Shown: positions 8,383-17,945 of the stretch, piece by piece
Layout of the letters: every line of letters starts with the position of its first letter
Numbering within the stretch: position 1 is the stretch's first letter
Virus record (IMG/VR): IMGVR_UViG_3300017761_004947
Coordinates: 1 to 26,602 of that record
Origin: a virus
Taxonomy: Duplodnaviria; Caudoviricetes
Length of the DNA stretch: 26,602 nucleotides
Reading direction: 5' to 3' (one strand)
Program-made: the position numbers and the translations under genes
Notes under the pieces: model-generated
Databases searched by the model: none
The model's input: only the letters and a program-made list of their open reading frames with translations
What the model was told of the DNA's origin: nothing

Positions 8383-9749
8383 TTTTTATTTTCTAAATAA
8401 TAATTTAAATCCTCCGGTGTACCCAATCCCCACATCTTCTCAATGTTAAATGTTTTAATCTTTTTACCATCCCCAATTGCTTCGTTAAAAGTAGGACAAG
8501 TGTAGAACTCATTGTTTGTTCTGATATTCTTTTCAATCATTTGTTCCGCGTATTTAACATAATCAGAACCTTTAGCCCAATAGTAAACACCAACCGTTGC
8601 TATATCTGAAATTGGATTTTTTTCTGCTACTTCGGTTACATATCCATACTCATCCACTTTGGCGAATGACCATTTGGGATGTGTTGCTTTGAATGTAAGA
8701 ATACCACCATCAACTTTTTGTTCAATCATCTTATACATAAACTCATTGCTATCCCACTCTACAAATTGGTCAGAGTTTGCCATAACTAATGGTTGGTCAT
8801 TATCAATGAATTCCTTTGCTAATAAAGTGGTACATGCAGCACCTTCGGTAATACCATCAACTTCCACAATCTTACAATTTGGAGTGATTAAGTTTAATAA
8901 GGTATCTAAATTATACTTCTCTCTATGTTCTTTTTGTACTACATAAATAAAAGTAGCTTCTATATTTAGATTATCAACAACTACCTGAATCATTGGTTTT
9001 CCTTCCACATCAATTAAGGGTTTTGGAAATGTATAACCCGCTTGTTGAAATCTACTTCCCGCTCCTGCCATTGGGATAAGAACATTCATCTTACCACCTT
9101 GCCATTTTGGAATACTCATATTATTTTTTGTTTCATCTAATTTACTAATAATTTTTGATATTACCAAATCTTTCGGAGAATCTACTCTTAAAACATTTGC
9201 TCTACTTCTACTTGCTGCTAATAATCCATGTGGAGAATCCTCTACGATTAGGGTTTCTTCTGGTAATACACCCATCATACTCATTGTCTTCCAATACATT
9301 TCAGGATGTGGTTTAGAGTTCTTTACATCCTCATTAGAGATGATTAAGTCCATATACTCAATTATACCTATCTTTGCTAACATAACCAACACAGACCTTC
9401 TAATTGAGTTTGAAGCACATGCCAACTTATACCCCCTATCTCTTAATTCCTTAAACAATTCAATCTTTTCTAAATCAGGTTGTAATTCGGATATTGCTTC
9501 AATTGTTAATTGTTGTTTTCTATTCCAAACAGTTTCGTATGTATCTCTTTGTAGTCCTTTGTTTTGAGTAAGTAGTTCTAACTTTTGATTTGTTTTTAAT
9601 CCATCATATATAGAAAGGTGTTCTGCTTCTGAAATAATATATTTGTTACTCTGTGCTATTTCCCATAGGGCAGTATTCAATGTATCGTAGTGTATTTGTT
9701 TAGCTTCTACTAATACACCATCTAAATCAAATATTATTAGTTTTGTCAT
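8379..9749 (-). CDS. Fusion of HAD-family phosphatase and sugar nucleotidyltransferase-like (GT-A) domain
   Basis: N-term FDLDGVL, CASNS, KPHPEMY, IVEDSPHG; C-term VLIPMAGAGSRF...PKPLIDV.GKPMI, GAACT, ANSDQ, GLGTPEDL. Confidence 0.9.
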   Translation of the reverse strand: MTKLIIFDLDGVLVEAKQIHYDTLNTALWEIAQSNKYIISEAEHLSIYDGLKTNQKLELLTQNKGLQRDTYETVWNRKQQLTIEAISELQPDLEKIELFKELRDRGYKLACASNSIRRSVLVMLAKIGIIEYMDLIISNEDVKNSKPHPEMYWKTMSMMGVLPEETLIVEDSPHGLLAASRSRANVLRVDSPKDLVISKIISKLDETKNNMSIPKWQGGKMNVLIPMAGAGSRFQQAGYTFPKPLIDVEGKPMIQVVVDNLNIEATFIYVVQKEHREKYNLDTLLNLITPNCKIVEVDGITEGAACTTLLAKEFIDNDQPLVMANSDQFVEWDSNEFMYKMIEQKVDGGILTFKATHPKWSFAKVDEYGYVTEVAEKNPISDIATVGVYYWAKGSDYVKYAEQMIEKNIRTNNEFYTCPTFNEAIGDGKKIKTFNIEKMWGLGTPEDLNYYLENKK

Positions 9750-10498
9750 TATTTTCCGTATTTTTGCCAGTCGTTATGTTTGAATAAACCTTCACCATGC
9801 GCAACACCAAATTGTTGTTGTGCCCACCATTTACTGATGTTTCCTTCCAATGCAATACCATCACCTGCGAATGGATTAACTGTCTCTAAATAAAATTGTT
9901 TCTTATATAAGGTTGGATTATTTGTCCAATTACCATATCTAGACGTTGTTATAAACCATTCACCTTTTTTGCTAATCTTATCTGGAAATAATTCATTCGG
10001 ATTACACCAGTGGACTGAATCTAATAAATGGGGTGATGTACATTCGATTTCTTTATCATAATATTCTAATTCTCTACCTTGATATTGAAATGAAAAATGT
10101 GGAGTACCAGGATACTTTCTATGTCTATATCGTATTGCATTAATTCCGTATTCTTTATTGTTTAATAAATCAATACCTTCTTCTAATTTTTTATAAGTGA
10201 TATCTCTATTTTCTATTAGATTCCAATCATGTTCTAAAATTAATACATTATCCGTTTGTGCACTTTCTGTGAGTTTGATAAATGCTTTACCTATTCCAAT
10301 ATTGGTTTGCATACCGATTATATTTAAACCAAAATGTTTGGCTATTTGATAATCTTGTTCATTAAACTCTTGAAATAGAATCGTAACATCGTTTACCATA
10401 TCAAACAAACCATTTTCATAGTATGTAGTTAGGGTATCTACAAGGACTTGTCCACTATGCCAGGATAATATTCCTATGCTGATTGGTAATTTTTCCAT
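9749..10498 (-). CDS. Putative glycosyltransferase (GT-A/GT2-like)
   Basis: ISIGILSW start, NIGIGKA, VLILEHDW acidic motif, WTNNPTLY. Confidence 0.6.
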   Translation of the reverse strand: MEKLPISIGILSWHSGQVLVDTLTTYYENGLFDMVNDVTILFQEFNEQDYQIAKHFGLNIIGMQTNIGIGKAFIKLTESAQTDNVLILEHDWNLIENRDITYKKLEEGIDLLNNKEYGINAIRYRHRKYPGTPHFSFQYQGRELEYYDKEIECTSPHLLDSVHWCNPNELFPDKISKKGEWFITTSRYGNWTNNPTLYKKQFYLETVNPFAGDGIALEGNISKWWAQQQFGVAHGEGLFKHNDWQKYGK

Positions 10499-10501
10499 TT
10501 T

Positions 10502-10915
10502 TTATTTTTTAAATATCATTTCAACATAATTCCTATTACGAATTATTTTTACATTTCCATTTTCTACAAATCCTAATTCAGCATAAAGATTTTTAGCAAA
10601 ATTATCAACAAATACCCAAAGAGATGCGTATTTTTTATCTTTTAAATAAAGTTTATATGCTTCCCTTGCATATCCCATTCTTCTATACATAGGATGAATA
10701 TCCATACCAACTTCATCACCATTGGTTCTGATATATCCAATTCTATCATCGTTGATTTCTATGATATACCATTTTGGTTTTGTATCTAAAAACCATTCAG
10801 CACATTGTTCTAATATAAATACTGAATCATTTTCCAAATTCACTCTAGTTGTTTCATCATTTCGAACTTCTAATAGAAATGGTAAATCCCATATAGTCAA
10901 TTCTCTTAAAACCAT
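10502..10915 (-). CDS. GNAT N-acetyltransferase (PseH/RimL-like); likely start at 10915
   Basis: LRELTIWDL..LLEVRND, HPMYRRMGYA (acetyl-CoA motif A), N..A.NLY..LGF (motif B); ATG at 10915 overlaps the DegT stop (TAATG). Confidence 0.85.
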   Translation of the reverse strand: MVLRELTIWDLPFLLEVRNDETTRVNLENDSVFILEQCAEWFLDTKPKWYIIEINDDRIGYIRTNGDEVGMDIHPMYRRMGYAREAYKLYLKDKKYASLWVFVDNFAKNLYAELGFVENGNVKIIRNRNYVEMIFKK

Positions 10916-12105
10916 TACCAACCCTTTTTGATACAATCAACGATATATTGTCTTTCTTCTTCAGTTACCCACCAACCCACTGGTATAGAAACTACTTTTG
11001 GTAATATTCTATCTAATGTTGGTAAAGGACTTCTAAATTCTTTTACTGCAGTGTGTTTATCATTTCTTTCATGTACCTGCGATACTACAATACCACACTC
11101 TTTCATATGTTTGTAGAATCCATCTCTATTTTCAATTAATAAACTATAAATCCAAAATGCAGAATTGTGGTCTGGCTTTCTTTCTAATAGGGTTATACCA
11201 TTTACACCTTTTAAGTTTTCATCATAGAATTTAGCATTTGCTCTATGTTTACCAATAATGGTTTCGGCATCTTTTAGATTCTCCATACCAACAGTCGCAC
11301 ATATATCATTCATATGGAATTTGAAACCCCACTCTACGATATCTGCTTCACAACGGAAATCCTTTCTATTGCCACCCCTATCAATACCATACCAACGAAT
11401 TAGTTTTGCTCTATTGTATAAATCCTGATGTGGTAATACTAATAAGCCGCCATCGATTGCTGTAATATGTTTGATTGCTTGTAAAGAGTACATAACCATA
11501 TTACCATGATTACCTAACTTCTTTCCTTTATATTCAGAACCAAATGAGTGTGCACCATCTTCAATGATTGCCGGTCTAAACCCATATAACTCAAATGATT
11601 TATCTTGTATCCTTTTTAATCTATCCAAATCTAATGGATACCCACCCCAATGAACTGCAATGATTGCTTTTGTTTTTGCCGTAATTTTTCTTTCTAAATC
11701 ATCCAAATCCATATTAAGAGTTTTCTCATCAATATCAACCCATTTGATTTTCAATCCATTTGCAAGTATAGGCCAATTAGATGCAGTACAAGTTAATGCG
11801 GTTGCAAGAACTTCATCACCATCTTTTAGGCCAGGCCAATTTCTTTCGTGAATTGAGTATCCATCTGCTGTAATGTAGTTAGCGGGTTTTTTTAATAAGT
11901 GTAATGCAAGATGTAATCCCGATGTACCTGAATTTAAAGTTACTACTCTATCTGAATTGAAATATTCATTTAGTTTTACTTCAAACTCATCTACTTTAGG
12001 GCCTTGTCCTATATATCCACTATCCAATATTTTACCAACTTCTATTTTAGCGTTGGGATTCATATGTACTTTAAACAATTGAATTGGTGTGTTTATTTTT
12101 TTCAT
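10915..12105 (-). CDS. DegT/DnrJ/EryC1/StrS family PLP-dependent sugar aminotransferase
   Basis: IGQGPKVDEFE, NSGTSGLHLAL, GDEV, TKAIIAVHWGG, IEDGAHSFG, SLQAIKHITAIDGG (PLP lysine), GFKFHMND. Confidence 0.93.
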   Translation of the reverse strand: MKKINTPIQLFKVHMNPNAKIEVGKILDSGYIGQGPKVDEFEVKLNEYFNSDRVVTLNSGTSGLHLALHLLKKPANYITADGYSIHERNWPGLKDGDEVLATALTCTASNWPILANGLKIKWVDIDEKTLNMDLDDLERKITAKTKAIIAVHWGGYPLDLDRLKRIQDKSFELYGFRPAIIEDGAHSFGSEYKGKKLGNHGNMVMYSLQAIKHITAIDGGLLVLPHQDLYNRAKLIRWYGIDRGGNRKDFRCEADIVEWGFKFHMNDICATVGMENLKDAETIIGKHRANAKFYDENLKGVNGITLLERKPDHNSAFWIYSLLIENRDGFYKHMKECGIVVSQVHERNDKHTAVKEFRSPLPTLDRILPKVVSIPVGWWVTEEERQYIVDCIKKGW

Positions 12106-12115
12106 ATTTTTTATT

Positions 12116-13681
12116 TTAATAAATTTCTACTGGTAATTTTAATCTGATACATTTGTTGATTTTACTTAATAATTTATGCCATTCTTCCGTATCCTTATCT
12201 ATTATTGCTTGAAATTCAGGAGAAGCGGAAGTTGTACTCATTTTTGTTTTTATTGGAAATCTTCTCATTTGAAAAATTTTACTTGGCATAACCATTTGCA
12301 TCCAATTATCTGCATACCATATTTTAAATTGTTCAGGTAATTGCATCCATGTTGATTTATGAAATGATATTAAAACACCCCAACCTGTTTTATTATTAGA
12401 TGGGTCATATGGTTCTATTGCAGGGTCAAGTTCTACATTTTCTTCAAAATTATCACTATGAGCCCCTATGATTCCTGCATTTTCAAACCCAATTTGATTG
12501 TGGATTTCATTTAAAATATATAAATAAGAATCAACATCAAAATCAATATCATCACTTGACAATACTATTAAATCGGTACTTGAATTTTTAACTAATTTAT
12601 TATAAGCAGGAATCACATATGTATTATGTGGTTCTTGTATATGAATTAATTTTTTTATGTGACTTAAATCTCTATTGGGGTCATATGCATTATCTATAAT
12701 TAGTATTTCTTTAACATATTCCGATTCATCATACTTTTTAAGCATATCAAAAATAGATTCTGATTTCCATAAAGTTGGAAGAGTTATTGAAAATTTATTT
12801 TTTATATTTTTTTTTCTAAATTTTTCTATTAATTTATCAACTCTTTGTATTTGAGTATGGTTATTTAAAACCTTATTCATTCCATTTAAGGCAATACGAT
12901 TGAGTTCGTCTCTATTTTCATTATAATAATTTATCTTTTCAATACAATCTAACATATTATCATAATAAACTATTTCTTCGCCCTCTATAAACAGTTCAGA
13001 AAGACCAGTTGATTCGGCTAATCTATCGGTTATAACCATCTTACCACACGCCATTCCTTCAAAGATTCTACGAGTTATTTCTCTCCATCTACTATTCTGA
13101 ATAACCATTAGACCGGAATTCAAAAATTCAGTATGTTCTATTGCATCCATTCCATTTCGGTTTCCAATCAGACCCTCACCCCATTCTGTAAGGTAATCTA
13201 AAAATTCAGAACCACCTCTTCCTCTACTTGTCACCGCAACATATTGAGGCGTTTCATCCATTGGAAATTGAACTGCCGTATCTGCCCAATGTGGGACCCA
13301 ATCTGCATTTATACCTCTTTTTCTATATTCTTCTGCTGATACTTTATCTGGTGTAATTGTATAATGAAACTTACTGGCTTTTGGATAGTTTCTTACAAAG
13401 TTTTGAGGGTCATCTCCACTTTCTTGTATCCAAAATGTGTTTGGTTTTAATGATTTATCCAACCATTTGGAATCAATTCTACCCCAATCCATAAACAATA
13501 CAATATCCGTTGGGATATCTTGTTGAATCCATAATTGTAATTGGGAATCATCCGTTGCAGTTATTGAAACTATTTCAGTTTCCCATCCTCTCTTTTGGAA
13601 TTCATTTAATAATGATAAAGGAGTTGACCACGTTTCATTTGGAGAGTGGTTATATATGAATGTTATCTTAGATGGTTGCAT
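12116..13681 (-). CDS. Two-domain glycosyltransferase: CgeB/Glyco_trans_1_2-like (GT-B) plus GT2-like (GT-A)
   Basis: N-half RIFEGMACGKMVITD, LFIEGEEIVYY, RIALNG..KVLNNHT...RV; C-half FSITLPTLW, EILIIDN, AYN, LSSDDI, IWYADNW. Confidence 0.85.
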   Translation of the reverse strand: MQPSKITFIYNHSPNETWSTPLSLLNEFQKRGWETEIVSITATDDSQLQLWIQQDIPTDIVLFMDWGRIDSKWLDKSLKPNTFWIQESGDDPQNFVRNYPKASKFHYTITPDKVSAEEYRKRGINADWVPHWADTAVQFPMDETPQYVAVTSRGRGGSEFLDYLTEWGEGLIGNRNGMDAIEHTEFLNSGLMVIQNSRWREITRRIFEGMACGKMVITDRLAESTGLSELFIEGEEIVYYDNMLDCIEKINYYNENRDELNRIALNGMNKVLNNHTQIQRVDKLIEKFRKKNIKNKFSITLPTLWKSESIFDMLKKYDESEYVKEILIIDNAYDPNRDLSHIKKLIHIQEPHNTYVIPAYNKLVKNSSTDLIVLSSDDIDFDVDSYLYILNEIHNQIGFENAGIIGAHSDNFEENVELDPAIEPYDPSNNKTGWGVLISFHKSTWMQLPEQFKIWYADNWMQMVMPSKIFQMRRFPIKTKMSTTSASPEFQAIIDKDTEEWHKLLSKINKCIRLKLPVEIY

Positions 13682-14294
13682 AGAAAGAGTTTTGTTTTTC
13701 CTGTCTTTCTATTTGTTTATGATGATATAAACAAAATTGTTCTTCTGCCGGAAAATTTGAGAATGTATTGTATCCTGTAATTCTTTCATGTACTTTACCC
13801 ATCCATGTGACATCATCCGTATTCTTATATATTCTTGTCTGATAATCAGGAAAGTTTACCCATTGGGTTTCGTTTACATTCCAACCCCACTTTTGAATAT
13901 GAGATTGAGTTAAACCTTCGACCGTATTGATTCGCGGTACGAATACAATATCTACACTATTACTATCCAATACCTCGCCTAATATTTCTATTAGATATTC
14001 ATGTGGAATTTCATCGGCATCTATTTGAAAAATATAATCCTTTGAACAATGTGATTTAAGATTATTTTTGAATGATGCAAAATCATTATTTAATGAAAAA
14101 CCAACCACTTTGTGATTGGAATGCATTACATTGATTAAATTAAGATAATCTGCTACCTCTTTAGTAACTGATGCTTCATCATATTGAATAACAATCTCAT
14201 CTTCTTCTCTAATATGTAATTGTAAAAAATTAAGAAGTTGTGTCAACTCATCAATTTCGTTACAAACTGTAACTGCGTAACTTATACTAGCCAT
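13668..14294 (-). CDS. Glycosyltransferase family 2
   Basis: ISYAVTVCNE, DFASFKN, DYIFQIDADE, PDYQTRIYK, W.GKVHE. Confidence 0.88.
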   Translation of the reverse strand: MASISYAVTVCNEIDELTQLLNFLQLHIREEDEIVIQYDEASVTKEVADYLNLINVMHSNHKVVGFSLNNDFASFKNNLKSHCSKDYIFQIDADEIPHEYLIEILGEVLDSNSVDIVFVPRINTVEGLTQSHIQKWGWNVNETQWVNFPDYQTRIYKNTDDVTWMGKVHERITGYNTFSNFPAEEQFCLYHHKQIERQEKQNSFYATI

Positions 14295-14808
14295 CTTTTT
14301 CGTTTATTTCTTTTTTAATACCTTCTCTTCTATCAGAAGTCGTGTTTCCTTCTTTGAATATTTCTTGTAAAAATCCGTCTTCAAAACGTATTTCCCACAC
14401 ATTTTGAATTTTATCTAAAAAATAAGTTCTATAATTATCTAATTTATGTGAGTAAATTGTCCTATTTCTTTTTACATAGGTTTCAAACAATTGCTGTCCA
14501 TCTTTACCCATTAGTTTAAGTAATTCACTCAATGGTTGGTCTTTTTCAATTGGTTTTGTACCATCCCTAAGATTATTTAGAAATGTAATAAAATTAGCAG
14601 GTATTACATGATTCAATAAAAGACAATGAATTTTTTTATCAATTTTACCAATTACAAATACATATCTACTTTCCTGTCCAACTTTCGTTGGTGGTACACC
14701 ATCAATATAGGTAGAAATACGATAAACGTTTCTAGGTAAAATTAGTGATTTACTAATTCGTTTTTCCGGCTTTAATATTTCTTTATATTGGTTGGTATAA
14801 AATTGCAT
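14287..14808 (-). CDS. Hypothetical protein, weak resemblance to T4 gp2 DNA end protector
   Basis: 173 aa basic ORF overlapping or abutting both neighbours; IHCLLLNHV and YRTYFLDKI loosely recall gp2-like motifs; function uncertain. Confidence 0.4.
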   Translation of the reverse strand: MQFYTNQYKEILKPEKRISKSLILPRNVYRISTYIDGVPPTKVGQESRYVFVIGKIDKKIHCLLLNHVIPANFITFLNNLRDGTKPIEKDQPLSELLKLMGKDGQQLFETYVKRNRTIYSHKLDNYRTYFLDKIQNVWEIRFEDGFLQEIFKEGNTTSDRREGIKKEINEKDG

Positions 14809-14809
14809 T

Positions 14810-16096
14810 TTATAATTTAGTTAACTTTGGTAGTTTCAATTCGACGTGACTTGCAACTTTAACATATTTGTTAAGTAAATTACCAAAAGCTTCTGTCATT
14901 TTTCCTAATGAAAAATTATTTTTAATATTTGTTTGTAATCCCTTTGAAGTATCTGAATATTTATTATAATTTTTAAACACATCCATTATTTTTTGTGCTG
15001 CAGTTGAATAATTTACGGAGAACCATTGTGATTCTGCCATTAGGAATTGATTTGCTGCTGATGGGTGAACATTTGTTAATTCTCCATCTAAATAAATAGT
15101 ATTAGTTTCAGGTAAAAAATCAGTCAATCCACTCCATTTTGAAACTATAACAGGTTTACCGGTTGTAGCGAATTCGGCCAGTGGTCTACCATACCCTTCA
15201 CCTTTAGTAAATGATATCATAGCCTTTACTTTTGGATGATGATATAAATTTGCTATTTCGCTTGGTTTCATATCTCCAAATAATAAATAAATCGGTGGAC
15301 AGTTTTCACCATATTCTTTAGTTATGGTTTTAATTCGTTCACTAATCTCCTCTCTATCGATAATACTAAATCCAGCCATAGATGTTTTTAATATCAAACC
15401 GGGTTGTTTATTTTTTGGAAGGGATTTGAAAATAGTACAAAATGTTTTAATTAACATTCCTACATCTTTTCTATCTTGTCCTAAATCTCCACTCAACCAA
15501 TGACCTACAAATAAGAAATTAAAATCAGTTTCAATTTTTTTATTTAATTTTTCAGTATTAATAAGAACATCTTGTTCTTGATTAGTTCTATTTAAAAAAA
15601 TATCTAAATCAACTCCTTCAAAAAGAACTTCAATTGGAGTTTGAACATTTATATCTCTAATTTTTTGACCTGATGCTTTATCCACTTCAGAAAATGAAGT
15701 TTTTTGCAATACCTCTTTTGTAAATTTAGATGGTACTAAAACTAAATCCATTCTATTACACCCATCAATAAAATCCTTTGGTGCTAAAGTAGTTTCAACT
15801 CCTGCGGTAATACCAATATTGTATTTACCCATTTTTTTAAATTCATTAGCAACTGTAACCTGAATATACACATCAGGTTCTTTATCTAACGTTGTAATAA
15901 CACTGCTCAATACTTTTTTACTAAATTCACTCACACCATCAAGTTGATTTTGTGGTGTAGTTCCCCAACGAGTTGGTACTACTTTCACATCATATTTATC
16001 CAAATCAAATAAACTTTGAAGTAAATCTCTACTATGGTCACCATATCCACTCCTTGTAAAAACTGGTGCTTGAAATACTAATAATGGTTTGCTCAT
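14810..16096 (-). CDS. Glycosyltransferase family 4-like (GT-B)
   Basis: TRSGYG, FLFVGHW...RKDVG, KGEGYGRPLAEFATTGKPVI..WSG..DF (EX7E). Confidence 0.9.
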   Translation of the reverse strand: MSKPLLVFQAPVFTRSGYGDHSRDLLQSLFDLDKYDVKVVPTRWGTTPQNQLDGVSEFSKKVLSSVITTLDKEPDVYIQVTVANEFKKMGKYNIGITAGVETTLAPKDFIDGCNRMDLVLVPSKFTKEVLQKTSFSEVDKASGQKIRDINVQTPIEVLFEGVDLDIFLNRTNQEQDVLINTEKLNKKIETDFNFLFVGHWLSGDLGQDRKDVGMLIKTFCTIFKSLPKNKQPGLILKTSMAGFSIIDREEISERIKTITKEYGENCPPIYLLFGDMKPSEIANLYHHPKVKAMISFTKGEGYGRPLAEFATTGKPVIVSKWSGLTDFLPETNTIYLDGELTNVHPSAANQFLMAESQWFSVNYSTAAQKIMDVFKNYNKYSDTSKGLQTNIKNNFSLGKMTEAFGNLLNKYVKVASHVELKLPKLTKL

Positions 16097-16106
16097 ATTT
16101 TATTTT

Positions 16107-16532
16107 TTATTTTCCGGTTGAACCGAACCCTCCGGCTCCTCTTTCGGTATTATTTAATTCATTTACTTCTGTCCATTCTACGATTGGGTGTGGTACGATT
16201 ATAAGTTGACAAACTCTATCTCCCACTTTATATGCTAGGGAATCAAGTCCATTTGATTTAACGAATGTTGCTTGAAGTTCTCCTCTATATCCAGCATCAA
16301 CTACTCCAACTGAATTACTTAAAATAAGTTCCGTATTTCTAATAGATGAACGTGGGAATATTAAACCCATAAATCCATCTGGTATTTCTAATGCTATACC
16401 CAATCCGTATGTTATTTGAAATGTAGTATTTTCTTTAATTGATATTGCTACCAAATCCATACCCGCATCACTTTCTTTTGCGTAAAATGGGAGTGTTGCG
16501 TTTTCTTGTAACCTTTTTATATTAACTTTCAT
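16107..16532 (-). CDS. dut: dUTP diphosphatase (trimeric dUTPase)
   Basis: All five motifs: AGMDL, PRSS, GVVDAGYRGE, RVCQL, ERGAGGFGSTG. Confidence 0.97.
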   Translation of the reverse strand: MKVNIKRLQENATLPFYAKESDAGMDLVAISIKENTTFQITYGLGIALEIPDGFMGLIFPRSSIRNTELILSNSVGVVDAGYRGELQATFVKSNGLDSLAYKVGDRVCQLIIVPHPIVEWTEVNELNNTERGAGGFGSTGK

Positions 16533-16533
16533 A

Positions 16534-17928
16534 TTATTTTAATTTATATAATCCAAACCTATCTTTAGGTCTCCAATTTTGGAAAGCAGTTTCCATCCCA
16601 TCAGAAAGAGTTTTACACATATTTGTATGATTTAATCCACCTTCATTTAACATCCATTCCCTGCCCGCTAAACCTCTCTTTTTACGGTCTTTTTTAGGAA
16701 TATCATACCAATACTTCATTGCATCAGCAACTTCGTAAATATCCACCTTATCATCAATAATATATGGTGTTGGAACTGAACCTACTAGAGTTTGAACCTT
16801 ACTGAATACTGGTTTAACCCATTCTCCATGTCCTAACTTATCTGCCCATACTCTCCAATCATGTACCGAACCGATTTTCACATAATCTTCTGCCGTTAAT
16901 TCTTTACCATCTAATGTAAACCCACATTGGTCTTGTAATCCGCCTGTAACGTTTACAATAATAGGAGTTCCTGCCATTACCGATTCTGCAGTTGTTAACC
17001 CAAATCCTTCGTTACCCGCAATGTTAATAGTAGCATCTGATAAGTTATAATACCAATTTAATTCCTCTTGTGAAATTCTAGTTTCTGAGAACTTAACTTC
17101 ATAATCAGGACAAATGGTTTCCTTTACTTTAAACAAATCTGTTCCGTTTTGGTCAACCGCTTGGGTATGCATAATTAGACAAGTCTTATCTCTATCTTCG
17201 ATTGGTAGAGAATCTACAAAGCGTTTATATGCCCAAATGACATCGGATGGTTGCTTTCGTTTGATATTACGATTCATCCAAAATAGGACAAATTTATAAT
17301 CTTTATCACCTAATACTCTTTTACGGAATTCATCAGGTACTTCAGCAGGTTTAAAGGTATTTGAGTTAATACCATGCGGTACATAGGATACTTGCCAATC
17401 TTCAAGGGGTTTGAATGTTGGTGAATCATTTCTTTGTCCTACTCTTCGTACAATACCATATGTTTGTTTAGAAATACATCCTAACCAATCACAACTCTCA
17501 TAATAATCTCTATTATATTGAGGGTCTGGTAAATCATCCCAAATATGATAAAAGAAAATAGGTACGTTTTCACGTAATTCTGCTTCCATATCATATAACC
17601 ATCTCCAATAACGAGGGTCGGTAAAGTGTAAGATTGCATCAGGTTGATGTCTCATTATTAACTCGCGTAAAATATCAGCATCACCATAACCACTCCACGG
17701 AACGATTTTAACTGAAGCATCAAATACACCACTAATTTTTCTAGCATCATCACCTAAATCAATTTCTTTGCCTTTTTCAGGATGTTCCACTGCTGCACCT
17801 AATTGTACCCAATGGTACTTATCTAATGTACCAAAAATTAATTCTTTGGATACAGTTGCTATACCAGAGGACATTCTGAAATCATCGGATAATAAAAGAA
17901 TTTTCTTTTTCTTTCTTACTTCTGTCAT
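16534..17928 (-). CDS. Glycosyltransferase family 4-like (GT-B)
   Basis: SSGIATVS, YVPHGIN, NRNIKRKQ, NEGFGLTTAESVMAGTPII..TGGLQDQ (EX7E). Confidence 0.9.
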   Translation of the reverse strand: MTEVRKKKKILLLSDDFRMSSGIATVSKELIFGTLDKYHWVQLGAAVEHPEKGKEIDLGDDARKISGVFDASVKIVPWSGYGDADILRELIMRHQPDAILHFTDPRYWRWLYDMEAELRENVPIFFYHIWDDLPDPQYNRDYYESCDWLGCISKQTYGIVRRVGQRNDSPTFKPLEDWQVSYVPHGINSNTFKPAEVPDEFRKRVLGDKDYKFVLFWMNRNIKRKQPSDVIWAYKRFVDSLPIEDRDKTCLIMHTQAVDQNGTDLFKVKETICPDYEVKFSETRISQEELNWYYNLSDATINIAGNEGFGLTTAESVMAGTPIIVNVTGGLQDQCGFTLDGKELTAEDYVKIGSVHDWRVWADKLGHGEWVKPVFSKVQTLVGSVPTPYIIDDKVDIYEVADAMKYWYDIPKKDRKKRGLAGREWMLNEGGLNHTNMCKTLSDGMETAFQNWRPKDRFGLYKLK

Positions 17929-17945
17929 TTACTTAAAATTAAAAA

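Noticed and set aside
10916-10936. ORF-track start of the GNAT (MYQKGLV...)
   Set aside because: It lies inside the DegT gene; the ATG at 10915 forms the TAATG overlap typical of this window
10502-12105. Pseudaminic/legionaminic acid pathway
   Set aside because: Only the aminotransferase and acetyltransferase are present; no PseG hydrolase, PseI/NeuB synthase or CMP-synthetase recognised
2756-17928. Bacterial O-antigen/capsule locus or gtrABC-type serotype conversion cassette
   Set aside because: No flippase, polymerase, ABC exporter, chain-length regulator or priming transferase; dUTPase is embedded and the flank holds phage replication genes
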